A stretch of DNA of 64,000 nt from the human T2T-CHM13v2.0 reference genome, Homo sapiens, in assembly GCF_009914755.1 (NCBI RefSeq), contig NC_060940.1. One strand, written 5' to 3'. The notes under the pieces were generated by a model. It worked only from the letters and a program-made list of their open reading frames with translations. It did not search any database and was not told the origin of the DNA. The translations under genes were made by a program, and so were the position numbers. Below are positions 22,085 to 38,754 of this stretch, in pieces (within the stretch, counting starts at the first letter, position 1; each line of letters begins with the position of its first letter).

Positions 22085-22372
22085 CTGGGCACAGTGGCTC
22101 ATGCCTGCAATCCCAGAACTTTGGGAGTCCAAGGAGGGCAGATCACCTGAAGTCAGAAGTTTGAGACCAGCCTGGTCAATGTGGCAAGACCCCGTCTCTA
22201 CTAAAAGTACAAAAATTAGCCAGGCATGGTGGCGTGTGCCTGTAATCCCAGCTACTTGGGAGGCTGAGGCATGAGAATCACTTGAACCTGGGAGGTGAAG
22301 GCTGCAGTGTGCGAGACCGTGCCACTGTACTCCAGCCTAGGTGACAGAGGGAGACCCTATCTCAAAAAAAAA
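22085..22372 (+). mobile_element. Alu in TMC7 3' UTR
   Basis: Alu consensus plus A-tail. Confidence 0.9.
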
Positions 22373-22484
22373 GATAGGTGAAAAGAAAAAAAAAGTTGTA
22401 ATTGTAAACATTTCTGCCCAGTGCCTTTATATTTATATAACATTTTCACTGTGACCAGACTTGATGATATTCAAGTTTTCTATT

Positions 22485-22510
22485 TGTGTGTGTGTGTGTG
22501 TGTGTGTGTG
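22485..22510 (+). repeat. (TG)13 microsatellite
   Basis: Read directly. Confidence 0.95.
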
Positions 22511-22726
22511 ATGAACACAACGAAAACGTACTGCGTTTTTTTTCCTATTATAAAAGTGATACTGAAATATGCTAATTAATATATTAATTTTAGTTAAATG
22601 CTGCTAATATGCATACCTCTTACTTGAAGGTTTTTAATATGTTTTGATAACTTTAATAACTTCAGGTGATGTCTGTATAATTTTTAAAGTGCAGCTCTCT
22701 CTAACAAATGTGCCTTACAACTCCTG

Positions 22727-22732
22727 ATTAAA
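22727..22732 (+). terminator. TMC7: Candidate TMC7 polyadenylation signal ATTAAA
   Basis: Variant hexamer with upstream TGTA (~22674) and downstream GT-rich sequence. Confidence 0.55.
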
Positions 22733-22947
22733 CGGCGTCTTGAAGGTTTTAAAATGTGATCGTGTATACTGGAATTCAAAGAGGCTTCTTGTCAGCAGTC
22801 AAGTGATGATGGAAAACTGTAATAGTTTGTAAAGTTCCTCTTTGCTTTTTCCTAAAATGAGAGAAAAGAAAGAAGTGTTTAATGTAGTCCTCAGATGAGT
22901 GCTTTTAAAGCTCCTTGGCTCTGTTGAAGCCAAGGAGGGTGTATGTG

Positions 22948-23130
22948 TGTAACTGCCCAACTGGTTCATTTTGCCCGCTGCCTGGATACAGCCCATTCAT
23001 CAAGACAGAGGAATTGCAGCAGAGGAATTGCAACAGAGAAAGCGTTTGATACATGCAGAGCTGGCTAAACAGGAGACCAGAATATTATTATTACTCAAAT
23101 CAGTCTCCCTGAAATTTTGGAAACTGGGTT
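22948..23130 (-). mobile_element. ERV1 LTR fragment (MER4/MER50/LTR8-like)
   Basis: tgtaactgcccaa...ttgcccgctgcct...ttattactcaaatcagtctccc resembles MER4-group LTR ends. Confidence 0.55.
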
Positions 23131-23146
23131 TTCCTGTGTATGTGTT

Positions 23147-24080
<934 letters not shown>

Positions 24081-24830
24081 GGAACTAGTTTTTTTAATGG
24101 ATAATTTGGTGGGTAGGGGGATGGAATTAGGGAATAGTATGCATTTTTGTTTTTTAAATTTTGTTTTGCCATTATAAAAATACTTGTTTTTTATAGCAAA
24201 TACAGAGAACATCAAAAGCAACAGAGAAAAAAACTTAAAAAGCAGCACTTATGGGCACGCACTGTTAATCCTGGCAAAATTCTTTTTAAGATAGAAAGTA
24301 CAGAGGGAGGGAAAAAGAAGGAAAAAGAAGGAAAGAACTTTGGTATTCTAATTTCTTTTTCACTTAATATGTGTTTTCCTGAAGAATCTAGTGTTTTCTC
24401 CTGTTATTAAAAGCTCTTTACAAACATTTCAATGGGCTACATAACATCATACAGTTGGATTTTTTTTTTTTTTTTTGAGCCAGAGTCTAGGTCTATCACC
24501 CACTCTGGAGTGCAGTGGTGTGATCATGGCTCAGTGCAGCCTCAACCTCCTGGGCTCAAGTGATCCTTTTAGCCTCACAAGTAGGTGGGATCAGAGGCAC
24601 ACACCACCATGCCTGACTAATTTTTAAAATTTTTTGTAGAGATGGAATCTCACTGTGTTGCCCAGGCTGGTCTTGAACTCCTGGGCTCAAGTGATCCTCT
24701 CGCCTCAGTCTCCCAAAGTGTTGGGATTACAGGCGTGAGCCACTGCACTCGGACATGATGTTTTGATATTCAATTGTTGCTTAACATTTTGTTTCCAAAT
24801 TTTCCCAGTAATAAATAATGGGCACATCTA

Positions 24831-25299
<469 letters not shown>

Positions 25300-25851
25300 T
25301 CATCATAATTTTAAATTATTTTGGTGTGTCAATTTGAACACTAGAGTGATATAAAAACTAAAAACTTGAATTCAATAATTTTACAATTGTATTCCATCTT
25401 AAAATATTTTATGGTAAACTTGGATAAAGTATATAAATAATCCAAGGGTGTAAAGTAGAAAGTGAAAGCTCCCTTCTCCCAGTTCCAGCCCCCTGATGTT
25501 GCCAATATTAAACGTTGTATATCCTTGCAGACACGCATCTTTGATTTTTGCCCTCATGTACATTACTCATTTAAAAATTATTTCGTTGAGTAGATTCCTA
25601 AAAGTAAGACTGCTGTATTATATGATCTTTTTAAAGTATGTTGCTAAATTTCCCCTCCCTTCTCAAAAAATTCCAATTTGCACAAATATACATGCATACA
25701 TGCACACAATACATTAAGGTGGATACCAAGGATAAAACATGTTCTCTGTTTCTGAAAATAGAGAAAAGACCGGGAAGAAGTTTAAAGTTGGCTTTCAGCC
25801 CACCAATAGAGATAACACTATATAACACCATTAACCATGTGGTGCATGTAA

Positions 25852-26082
<231 letters not shown>

Positions 26083-26269
26083 TAAAGTAGATGTAGGATA
26101 CAAATAAAAAAAAAAATCTCCTTCCACGTAGGTAAAGCAGGAAATACCGTGCCTTGTTAATAAGTAATTCCCTCATGATCCTTTTCCCCAGGAACTTGGG
26201 TGAGAAATCATAACCTTGTCCTGATCTTTCTAAACAGCAATTTAGCATTTTCATCTCCCTGGCAACCCA

Positions 26270-27050
26270 AGGCGCCTTGGCCTTGGTCTTCCGAGTGATT
26301 GACAGTGACCCCACCCAATAAAATCTTTTTATTTGTCGTATCTAACCAATCTAACCCCTAGCGCAGAGCTAGGGGGCGTTCCCACCGGTGCGCGGGCGAG
26401 CTGAGCCTTCCTTACGTCTGCTGTGCGTCATCAGTCCGAGCCAAGGGCACTATTGGCCAGTTCCGTTCAACGAAGTGGTTGCTTTTTTTAGTTCCGGCAA
26501 TGAGTTGCGCCGGGGCGGCGGCGGCTCCCCGCCTTTGGCGGCTGCGCCCAGGGGCCCGGCGGTCCCTCTCAGGTAAAAGGAGGCGCGCAGTCACAGTCCT
26601 GCGCCGGGCTAGCGAGCTAGGGAATTTTCGCTTGAGGTTTGGGTCGAAGAGGTCACGGGGGAGAGGTTCGTAACGTCACAGGACTGCGACGGAGCGCGAC
26701 TGCGTGACTTCGGCCTCCGGGGCGCTGGCGGGCGGGGCGGGGTCTGTAGTTAGCGGCGAGAGTGACAGGAGGACAGGGGTTGTTTCGGCAGTGACGCCTG
26801 GGGAGTGACGCAATTGCACCCCTGTGCAGTGATGTCACGGCAGGTGCGGCCAGCGTTCCGAGTCGAGGACAGTTGGCGACACTGAAAATTCAGCGTCTCC
26901 GGGAGTCTCTCTCTTTGTAGTCTTTGCCCAGGGCCTTGCCAGGCAAAGGGTAGCCCGACGACCAGCAGCCTCCGCTACTTCTGGGCGCTCGCTAGAAATA
27001 CAGATTCTCGGGCCCCACCCCGACCTACTTGGTCGGTATCTGTGATCTGT
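26270..27050. promoter_or_regulatory. COQ7: COQ7 CpG-island promoter with CCAAT boxes (26315, 26346, inverted 26452), CRE-like sites and GC box
   Basis: High CpG and GC density spanning exon 1; motifs read directly from the sequence. Confidence 0.9.
26500..26572 (+). CDS. COQ7: COQ7 exon 1 coding part: MSCAGAAAAPRLWRLRPGARRSLS (mitochondrial presequence)
   Basis: ATG 26500; Arg-rich, acid-free presequence; CAG|GTAAAA donor; 73 nt. Confidence 0.96.
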
Positions 27051-27100
27051 GAACAGGACCTTTAGGTGATTTGCATACACTGTAAACTGTGAAAGCCATC
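26960..27100. mobile_element. MER5A-like hAT element at the CpG-island edge
   Basis: tagaaatacagattctcgggccccaccccgacctact...aggtgatttgcatacac. Confidence 0.65.
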
Positions 27101-28188
27101 AGTGTAGTGGAAGGAGCATAGAATTTAGAGTAGAGAGACATGGTTTTGGACCCTGGTTCCTGCTTTCCTTGTTTCATCTGTGCTGCCTTAGAAAATTGTC
27201 ATGAGCCCGGGCGCGGTGGCTCCGGCCTATAATCTCAGCACTTTGGGAGGCCGAGGCTGGAGGATCCCCTGAGGTCAGGAGTTTGAGACCAGCCTGGCCA
27301 ACATGGTGAAACCCCGCCTCTACTAAAAATACAAAAATTTGCCAGGCGTGATGGCAGGTGCCTGTAATCCCAGCTACTCAGGAGGCTGAGACAGGAGAAT
27401 CGCTTGAACCCGGGAGGCAGAGATTGCTTTGAGGCGAGATTGCACCACTGCACTGCAACCTGGGCGTCAGAGCGAGACTTTGTCTCCCCCGCGCAAAAAA
27501 AAAAAAAAAAAAATTTCATGAAGTCGTTTTCTCAACGTTAAATTACCGTGTACCACTTTCGGGATTTTTGCCTAATGGCAGTACTGCTTGAACTTTTGAT
27601 TACTAGATGTGTTTTTTTGTATAGCTATGTCCCATTTAAAAATTAAATTAATTTCCTTGAAACAAAATCCTTATGGTGAATGGGAAGCCAGTGCCACTTG
27701 CCACAAATGGGTGAGTAATCATTAAAAAAAAACAAACTGAAATTAAAAAGTTATGAAATTGTATTAAATACTGTCTTTCTGTTACAAAGGGGAAATTAGC
27801 AAGTGTTGGGAAAGTGTTAAGGCTATACCAGCTGTAAATGGAGTTATCTTCCTTAATGAAAGAGATTGCAAGAGATTTTGAAAGAGTACCCCTTACTACA
27901 TGGGGTTATTTGCTGCATATCCATAAGCCACTTAATATTTTGTAGGTACCACACTGGCATGTTTCACACTTTGGGAAAATATGGACATAAAGTGATGCAT
28001 TTGAGAGCTAGCACCGAGCCTCAATTTTACTTTAAAGTATATGGTAATGCAGGCAAAACTCCGAGGGTTGTTGAATGTGAATTTTAATGCTGCTCTGTTC
28101 AGCCAGTGAGCATAACAGAATAAGACTCATTTCTGTTTATAAAGTTACTTTGCTTCTTATATCTTATTTTATCCTCATAACTCAGTAA

Positions 28189-28671
<483 letters not shown>

Positions 28672-28744
28672 TAATGGTATGATCTCAGCTCACTGCAGCC
28701 TTTGCCTACTGGGTTCAAGTGATTGTTCTGCCTCAGCCTCCTGA

Positions 28745-28930
<186 letters not shown>

Positions 28931-29202
28931 TAGTCAGATATGCTCAGTGAGATGGAGGGGATCATGGCGAGGAGTAGACCAAAGCTGGGTCACTATGCTT
29001 CAGAACTTAGGTCCACGCTTCTTTGTTAAAAGTGTGACATTTACAACCCCATCTGGTAGAAGATTTCAAGTTCAGAGCCACCCCAAATTTCACCAACCCA
29101 CCTCACTACCTTGTGTCCAAAGCACTCAAGCCTTTGTCATGAAAGAACCACATATGTATCTAAAATGAATTTTTTCCACATATTCGCTGGCTGTTGAAGT
29201 TA

Positions 29203-29454
<252 letters not shown>

Positions 29455-29959
29455 CTACTCTGGAGTCCTAGCTGCTCTAGAGGCTGAAAAAGGAGAATTG
29501 CCTGAGTCTGAAAGGTGGAGTTTGCGGTGAGCCAAGATCGCACCTCTGTCTCCAGCCTGGGCGATACAGTCAGAGTCTGTCTCAAAAAAAAAAAAAAGTG
29601 ATACCAGTGCAGATCGAAGCTACCATTACAAACTAAATGACCCTTAGGTCACTATTTTCCGTATCTGCAAAATGAGGTGAATACACCTTACACACCTAAG
29701 AATGCTGCAAAACTCCTCTCTGGCAGGGAAAAAAACCTTTTGAGTTACTCTAATATAAGGCTCAGAGAATATAATTAAGGTGTTAAGGTTAGGAGATTTA
29801 TTTTTAAAGATAAAATATAATCTGTCATGAAGAATTTACATTTTGAAGATGAGAGTTCATTTGAATTGATTTTGGAGCATAATGAAGTGAAATCTAGGCT
29901 CCAAGGCTAGTCTCAAAATCGAATGCCCAACGGTGTGGGGTTTTTAATTTTTTTTTCTG

Positions 29960-30263
<304 letters not shown>

Positions 30264-30757
30264 ACAGGTGTGGATTTTAAGAGAACTTAGTCTGTGGTTC
30301 TCAGCCTTGGCTGAAGAGAAGACTTATGCACAGAGCTTCTAAACAATATCAGTTCAGAGAGCCCCCTCCCAGAGATTGACTGGGGAAGAGCACGGTGTTT
30401 TTGAAAGCTCTGTATGGGCCTCTCCTGTACAGCCTGGGCTGGGGCGAAGTGGGCCAGAGGGTTGGTGAACTGGAGAACCATGCTCATCTAGAAGCGGTTG
30501 CCATGTTAACTGCCTGGTAAGAAGGTAGGCTCAGCATTTCCAGATCTTCATACACTTAAAGTGAAACCAGAAATCCAGATCTTTAGGTAAAATCCTCTGT
30601 TTTAACACTGTAGGTTAAACAGAGTCCGTTTATGGGCACGCCTGGCCCATGGGGAACTGATTTGTGACCTCCATCCCAAAGTGCCCTTTCTGCTGTCTGT
30701 AAAAGGAACATCTGGATTTTACCTGATCGTAACGAAGAATAAACACTTGCATTTCAG

Positions 30758-30936
30758 CTTATGGAAGAAGAACCAGTGTCAGATTTCGCAGTTCAGGAAT
30801 GACTTTAGACAATATCAGTCGGGCAGCTGTGGATCGAATAATCCGGGTGGATCATGCAGGCGAATATGGAGCAAACCGCATCTATGCCGGGCAGATGGCT
30901 GTCCTGGGTCGGACCAGCGTCGGGCCAGTCATTCAG
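30758..30936 (+). CDS. COQ7: COQ7 exon 2: (A)YGRRTSVRFRSSGMTLDNISRAAVDRIIRVDHAGEYGANRIYAGQMAVLGRTSVGPVIQ
   Basis: tttcag acceptor; CAG|GTGGGT donor; 179 nt; RVDHAGEYGA COQ7/CLK-1 motif (E60). Confidence 0.97.
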
Positions 30937-31717
30937 GTGGGTGCTTCTTCATCTCCCTCACCCTGGTCTACTGAATGGGCAGATCCAAAGGACTTCAAGT
31001 AATGAATCATGGGAGGTCAAGCGTTCCCTAGGGAGATGCCATTGTCTCCAGGAGAGCGAAGGTTGGTTCTTGGTGGAGATGGGGAGCAAAAAGCATATTG
31101 TTCTTTTTATGGATAAAGCACAGAGAGACATCTAGTACATAGACAGGTATGCGGTATATCTTTGGTATCAGTACTCCATGGCGGGGGCAGGCAGTAATGA
31201 AAAAAGGTTAAGAATCGCTCAGCACAGCAGTCAACTGTGCTGAAATGTTGCAGCCCTGCCCCCTACCGTGCCAGAGAGGTATTGTATCCCAAGAGGCTAT
31301 GGGAGGACCTGAAATTTGTAGTTACACAGACCTGGTTCACATTTTGGCTCTCTCCCACCTCCTACCTGTGCGACCTTGAGGATGGCACAGGACTTCTCTG
31401 GGTTTCCATTTCCGTATCTGCAAAATGGCCTCATAATGGCCTGGGTTTGGGTAAGGAACCGGGTCTGGCCCATAAAGGTCAAGTTAGTACAAGTTAAATG
31501 GCCTGCCCTGAACCCTTGGGCAAGCTACTTAGCCTCTCTGTGCTTCAGTTTGTTGTGTATACTGGCGCAGTCATAGTGTGTCCTTCACAGGGATTGTGTG
31601 GATTGAATGAATTGCTTGCATGAAGCTATTTGATGGCCCCTGGCACTTAGGACGTGCCATCTAAGTGTTAGCTGCAGCTAGCATTCTCCCTTTTTCCTCT
31701 GATGTAAATAATATTCA

Positions 31718-32360
<643 letters not shown>

Positions 32361-32761
32361 GATGATGCTATTCTAGTAATCTGGAAGGAAATTACACAAC
32401 AGCCAATGTTCTGCCTTCCTGATTTTGAAATGGGTTAAACATGTCATTTCTTATGTGTGTAGACCCTTGTCATTTACTGGGCACATTGTGGGCCTGAGAG
32501 ACTTCTGCTGCAACCATGGCTCATGGCAGTCTTAACTGGAATTGAGATAATAGACTGTTTTGTATTCTTGGTGCTCTCTTCTCTTTGTCACAGATTCCTT
32601 TAGTCTGATGTTTTACTGTTTCCATTGACGTTTTGAGGGGAATGGGGGAGACAGCAGTTCCATCATTTTCTCCGTTTCTGCTTTGCTCCCTGTATGCCGC
32701 TTGGATGAGTGGGAGGCCTCTATGGAATGCTTGCATGTCTTTATTTTTATGTTTCTTGCAG

Positions 32762-32876
32762 AAAATGTGGGATCAAGAAAAGGACCATTTGAAAAAGTTC
32801 AATGAGTTGATGGTTACGTTCAGGGTCCGGCCAACAGTTCTGATGCCCTTGTGGAACGTGCTGGGGTTTGCACTGG
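32762..32876 (+). CDS. COQ7: COQ7 exon 3: KMWDQEKDHLKKFNELMVTFRVRPTVLMPLWNVLGFAL
   Basis: ttgcag acceptor; G|GTACGT donor; 115 nt; ExxH di-iron motif E90-H93. Confidence 0.97.
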
Positions 32877-33084
32877 GTACGTGTCTCTCTAGAAGAGCTT
32901 ATGCAAGCTTGGGGATCTAGGATGATTAAATCCTTCAGGTATCATGTTCACAATTCTTGCTGTGTCCTCTTATGACCTCATTCTGTTTACTTCATATTTT
33001 TCCGAGGTTAAATTGACTGCCTTTTTTTGTGTGTGGTTAAATTTATTTAAGATAGAATCTTAATGTCAGTACTTTAAAAAAAAA

Positions 33085-33685
<601 letters not shown>

Positions 33686-33976
33686 TAATGTCAGTATTAT
33701 AAATAGAAAATACAGTAAAAATAAACAACAGAGAAAAAAAGCTAGTAGAATTCAGTTGCAGCCAAATACTGTTCCCTGACAACGATTCTCAACCTGAGAT
33801 CTGTTCACTCTTTTAAAAAACGGAGAAGAATAAATGGTATAAAAGATCAAAGATATACTCACCCCAAATGCTGACTTCTCTTGGCCACGGTCAGGATAAA
33901 ACAGCATTGAAAAGAGAATGGTTTTTCTTAACTGTGTAATTCCAGGTTTAACACTGGGATCCAGTGTCTCCTAAAA

Positions 33977-34495
<519 letters not shown>

Positions 34496-34564
34496 GCCAC
34501 AGATGGTCTCCATTACCGGTCATATCTGTCTCTTACTTTTCTGGTCTGGGTTTAACAATCCCAG

Positions 34565-34704
34565 GGGCGGGGACCGCCTTGCTCGGGAAGGAAGGTGCCA
34601 TGGCCTGCACCGTGGCGGTGGAAGAGAGCATAGCACATCACTACAACAACCAGATCAGGACGCTGATGGAGGAGGACCCTGAAAAATACGAGGAACTTCT
34701 TCAG
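34565..34704 (+). CDS. COQ7: COQ7 exon 4: (G)AGTALLGKEGAMACTVAVEESIAHHYNNQIRTLMEEDPEKYEELLQ
   Basis: cccag acceptor; CAG|GTATTT donor; 140 nt; AMACTVAVE motif (E142). Confidence 0.97.
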
Positions 34705-35289
34705 GTATTTATCCGTGCTCTAGAACGGGGCTGCTCAAGGAGGAAAATGGCAGATAGCAATTGGGTAAGAGGAAAACATGTTAGAGATTGTTAGGGGATG
34801 ATGGGGGTTTAGAGGCTCAGGTCAGTGCCTCAGTTTAAAGGTGAGCAAACTGAGGAACAGAGAGGTGAACCCGTCTGCCCTGGCCATACAGCACAGACAG
34901 AGCTGGGACTAGAACCCTTGTCTCCTTTGTCTTTTTTCTTTTTATTTAGAGATGAGGTCTTGCTCCGTTGCCCAGGCCGGAGTACAGTGGCACAGTCATA
35001 GCTCACTGCATCTTCAAACTCTTGGGTTCAAGTGATCCTCCTGCCTCAGCCTCCCGAGTAGCTATGGGACTACATACATAGCCACCACTCACAGCTAATT
35101 TTTTTTTTTTTTTTTTTTTTTTAAGAGATGGGGTCTCACTATGTTTTCCAGGCTGGTCTTGAATTTCTGAGCTCCAGTAGTCCTCTCTCCTCAGCTTCCC
35201 AAAGTGCTAGAATTATAGGCATGAACCACCACATCCGGCCAGAACCCTTGTCTCTTGAGCCCTGTCCTGTTCACTTATTTTATTTTTAA

Positions 35290-35691
<402 letters not shown>

Positions 35692-35865
35692 TAAAGTGCT
35701 GGGATTGCAGGCGTGAGCCACCGCGCCCGGCCCACTTCTTTATCATTGGTAGATTCTGAGCAGATGCTGTGAGCAGGAACCCTTTAGATTGAATAAATGA
35801 ATAGATATCCTGAGATAATTTTCCACAGCAAATAAGGGAACTGTTTAGTTTTTTAGAGTCTAAAT

Positions 35866-36050
35866 CTGAGGTTGGCAAACTATGGCCTGTGGCCAGCCAC
35901 CTGTTTCTTTAAATAAACTTTTATTGGAACACAAGCACGTCCATTTGTTTGCATGTCTCCGGCTGCTTTTCTGGTTACAGTGGCAGAGTTGGGTAGTTGC
36001 AACAAAGTATTTACTCTCTGGCCCTTTAGAGGAAAAGCTGGCCTCCCTGT
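35866..36050. mobile_element. MER58A-like hAT element
   Basis: ggttggcaaactatggcc...aataaa.ttttattggaacac...tggcccttta.a.aaaa. Confidence 0.8.
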
Positions 36051-36146
36051 CTTAGGCCATAATAAGAGGCTTTAGCCTCCAAAATGAAATGGAACAGCAG
36101 GAGAGTTGGAAGGCTAACTTGCTTTGGTGTCTTTTTATTTAACCAG

Positions 36147-36215
36147 CTGATAAAGAAATTTCGGGATGAAGAGCTTGAGCACCATGACATAGGCCTCGAC
36201 CATGATGCAGAATTG
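36147..36215 (+). CDS. COQ7: COQ7 exon 5: LIKKFRDEELEHHDIGLDHDAEL
   Basis: accag acceptor; TTG|GTAGGG donor; 69 nt; second ExxH motif E178-H181. Confidence 0.97.
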
Positions 36216-36314
36216 GTAGGGCCCTACTGTTACCTGTTCTGCTTTGGGACTCCTTATTTGGGAGGCTGAAGGGGCAGGAGGTTTCTGTTGCCAGAAAAAT
36301 ACATTTTAAAGTGA

Positions 36315-36720
<406 letters not shown>

Positions 36721-36947
36721 AGGAGCTTCATTTCCTTTCCTGTGAGAATCTGGATGACTCCAATGCTTTGGCAGTAGTAGCAGAGGCATTCCGACCTTTT
36801 GAATAGCTTTCTTTGAAACTAAAATAAATTGTTCCTTAGATCTATTTCTTATCCAGAGAAATCCAAAGCCTGCCCTGCCAGCCCTGAATCTTACAACCGA
36901 AAATGAGCACATAACATGTTTCTTTGTTTGCTTATTGTTTTTAACAG

Positions 36948-37025
36948 GCTCCAGCCTATGCCGTCCTGAAGAGCATTATCCAGGCCGGATGCAGAGTGGC
37001 GATATATTTATCAGAAAGATTATAA
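36948..37025 (+). CDS. COQ7: COQ7 exon 6 coding part: APAYAVLKSIIQAGCRVAIYLSERL*
   Basis: taacag acceptor; TAA 37023-37025; exon sum 73+179+115+140+69+78 = 654 nt = 217 aa plus stop. Confidence 0.97.
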   Translation, partial: APAYAVLKSIIQAGCRVAIYLSERL

Positions 37026-37095
37026 AGTGTGTCCAGTTTTGCCTGTCTATAAAAGATGATAGTAATTTACCAAGTGACATTTGCAGAGAAACAGG

Positions 37096-37168
37096 TGTAC
37101 AGTTATGGTTGTACTTTTGTACAATGTGAATTTTGTTAATAAATTATAAGGTTTGTTTTTTTTTTTTT
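37096..37168 (+). terminator. COQ7: COQ7 proximal poly(A) site
   Basis: Three TGTA (37096, 37110, 37118), AATAAA 37138-37143, downstream T/GT-rich tract. Confidence 0.75.
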
Positions 37169-37329
37169 AAACTCTGCAGTGTTGATTTTTCTCTGGGTTG
37201 TTTTTTCTGCCATGAGACCAACAGGTCACCAGCCTTGTTCAAGTTACAGCAAACGAAGCTGGGCCTTGTTTGGTCTCATACTTAATTTTCTTTTATATAC
37301 ATGTTTTTCTTTTACATGCATATATATAT

Positions 37330-37618
37330 ATTTTATTTTATTTTATGTTTTTTGGAGACAGGGCCTCGCTCTTTTGTCCAGGCCGGGTCACAACTCACTG
37401 CAGCCTGGACCTCCTAGCCTCAAGCAATCCACCCACCTCAGCCTTCCAAGTAGCTGGGACTACAGGTGTGCACCACCACAGCTGGCTAATTCTATTTTTT
37501 TATAGAGGCGAAGTCTCACTATGTCGCCAGGCTGGTCTCTAACTCCTGGGCTCAGTGATCCTCCCGTTTCGACTTCCCAAAGTGCTGGGATTACAGGTGT
37601 GAGCCACTTCACCAGGCC
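37330..37618 (-). mobile_element. Antisense AluJ-like element in the extended COQ7 3' UTR
   Basis: Diverged Alu consensus. Confidence 0.85.
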
Positions 37619-37822
37619 CATTTTCTCCTAAAACTTCAAGGACAAATCATTAATAATGTAACAGGAATCTTTAGGAGAAAAAACAATTTGGTTTACTGAT
37701 AACAAAAGATAATTGGAAACATGAGAGTATTTGAGATTGGCCAAGCAGAACTATGAAGTCCATCAAGTAAGTCAAAGATCATCGTTTCTGTTTTGAATTG
37801 TGGGTGATAATGGGTGGGAGAG

Positions 37823-38173
37823 TGCTACAGTCTGTATGTCTGTGTCTCCCTAGAATTCATACGATGAAATCTTCACTCTCAAGTTGATAGAAGGTGGGGC
37901 CCTTGGGAAGTGTGAGGTCATGAGAGTGGAGCCCTCATGAATGGGATCAGTGCCTTATGAAAGGCCCTAGAGAGATACCTCATCCTCTCCACAGTGTGAG
38001 ACTTCAAGGGGAAGTATGAGACTTCTCTGAGGAAGCAGACCCTTCACAAGCAAAATCAGCCAGCACTTTGATCACGGACTTCCCAGCCTCTAGGACTGTG
38101 AGCAATAAATGTTTGATGTTTATAAGCCACCCAGACTGTGGTATTTTGTTATAGCAGCCTGAACAGACTAAGA
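37823..38173 (+). mobile_element. MaLR solo LTR (MLT1A/MST-like)
   Basis: tg...gagggtggagccctcatgaatgggat-type core; ends ttatagcagcctgaacagactaagac; internal AATAAA 38104-38109. Confidence 0.8.
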
Positions 38174-38754
38174 CGGGGGTGTTGCTTCCATCAAAGGATG
38201 TACTAAGTTGTGGATTATTTGTGAAATTGAATTACAACCTTTTCCTTAAGGTCTTTTACCACCTCCCCCCCAAAAAAATCCCCCAAAACTGATTCAGATT
38301 TTCATACTTTAATGAAATATTTTATAATTTGCAAATTTTTAAGTAATTTATGAAAAACCTAGATCAGTGGATCTCCTCTCTGGCTGCCCATTAGAATGTC
38401 CTGTGGAGATTAAACTTTTTTTTTTCAGTTTATGGACCAAGAGTTTTGATTTATTTAGGGTGGAGTTCAGGATCAGAATGGTTTCAGAAGCTCCCAGGTG
38501 ATTCCGGAGTGAGTTGGAGCTGCAAGCCCCTGAGCTAGATTATAAGATGCTTCTGGGAAAGAACCACATTTTAGGAATTTGCTTCCCACCCAGTGCCCTG
38601 CATTTAATCAGCACCTGATGACTTGGCAGGACTTGCCCCACCAGGGTCTGGCTTTGAAGGGTAGTGGACACCAGGATCCTTTGGATTAATCCTCTGCCAC
38701 CTCTCTCTTTTCCTCAACCGAGAGTGAATTTATGTAATTGAGTGAAAGTCTACG

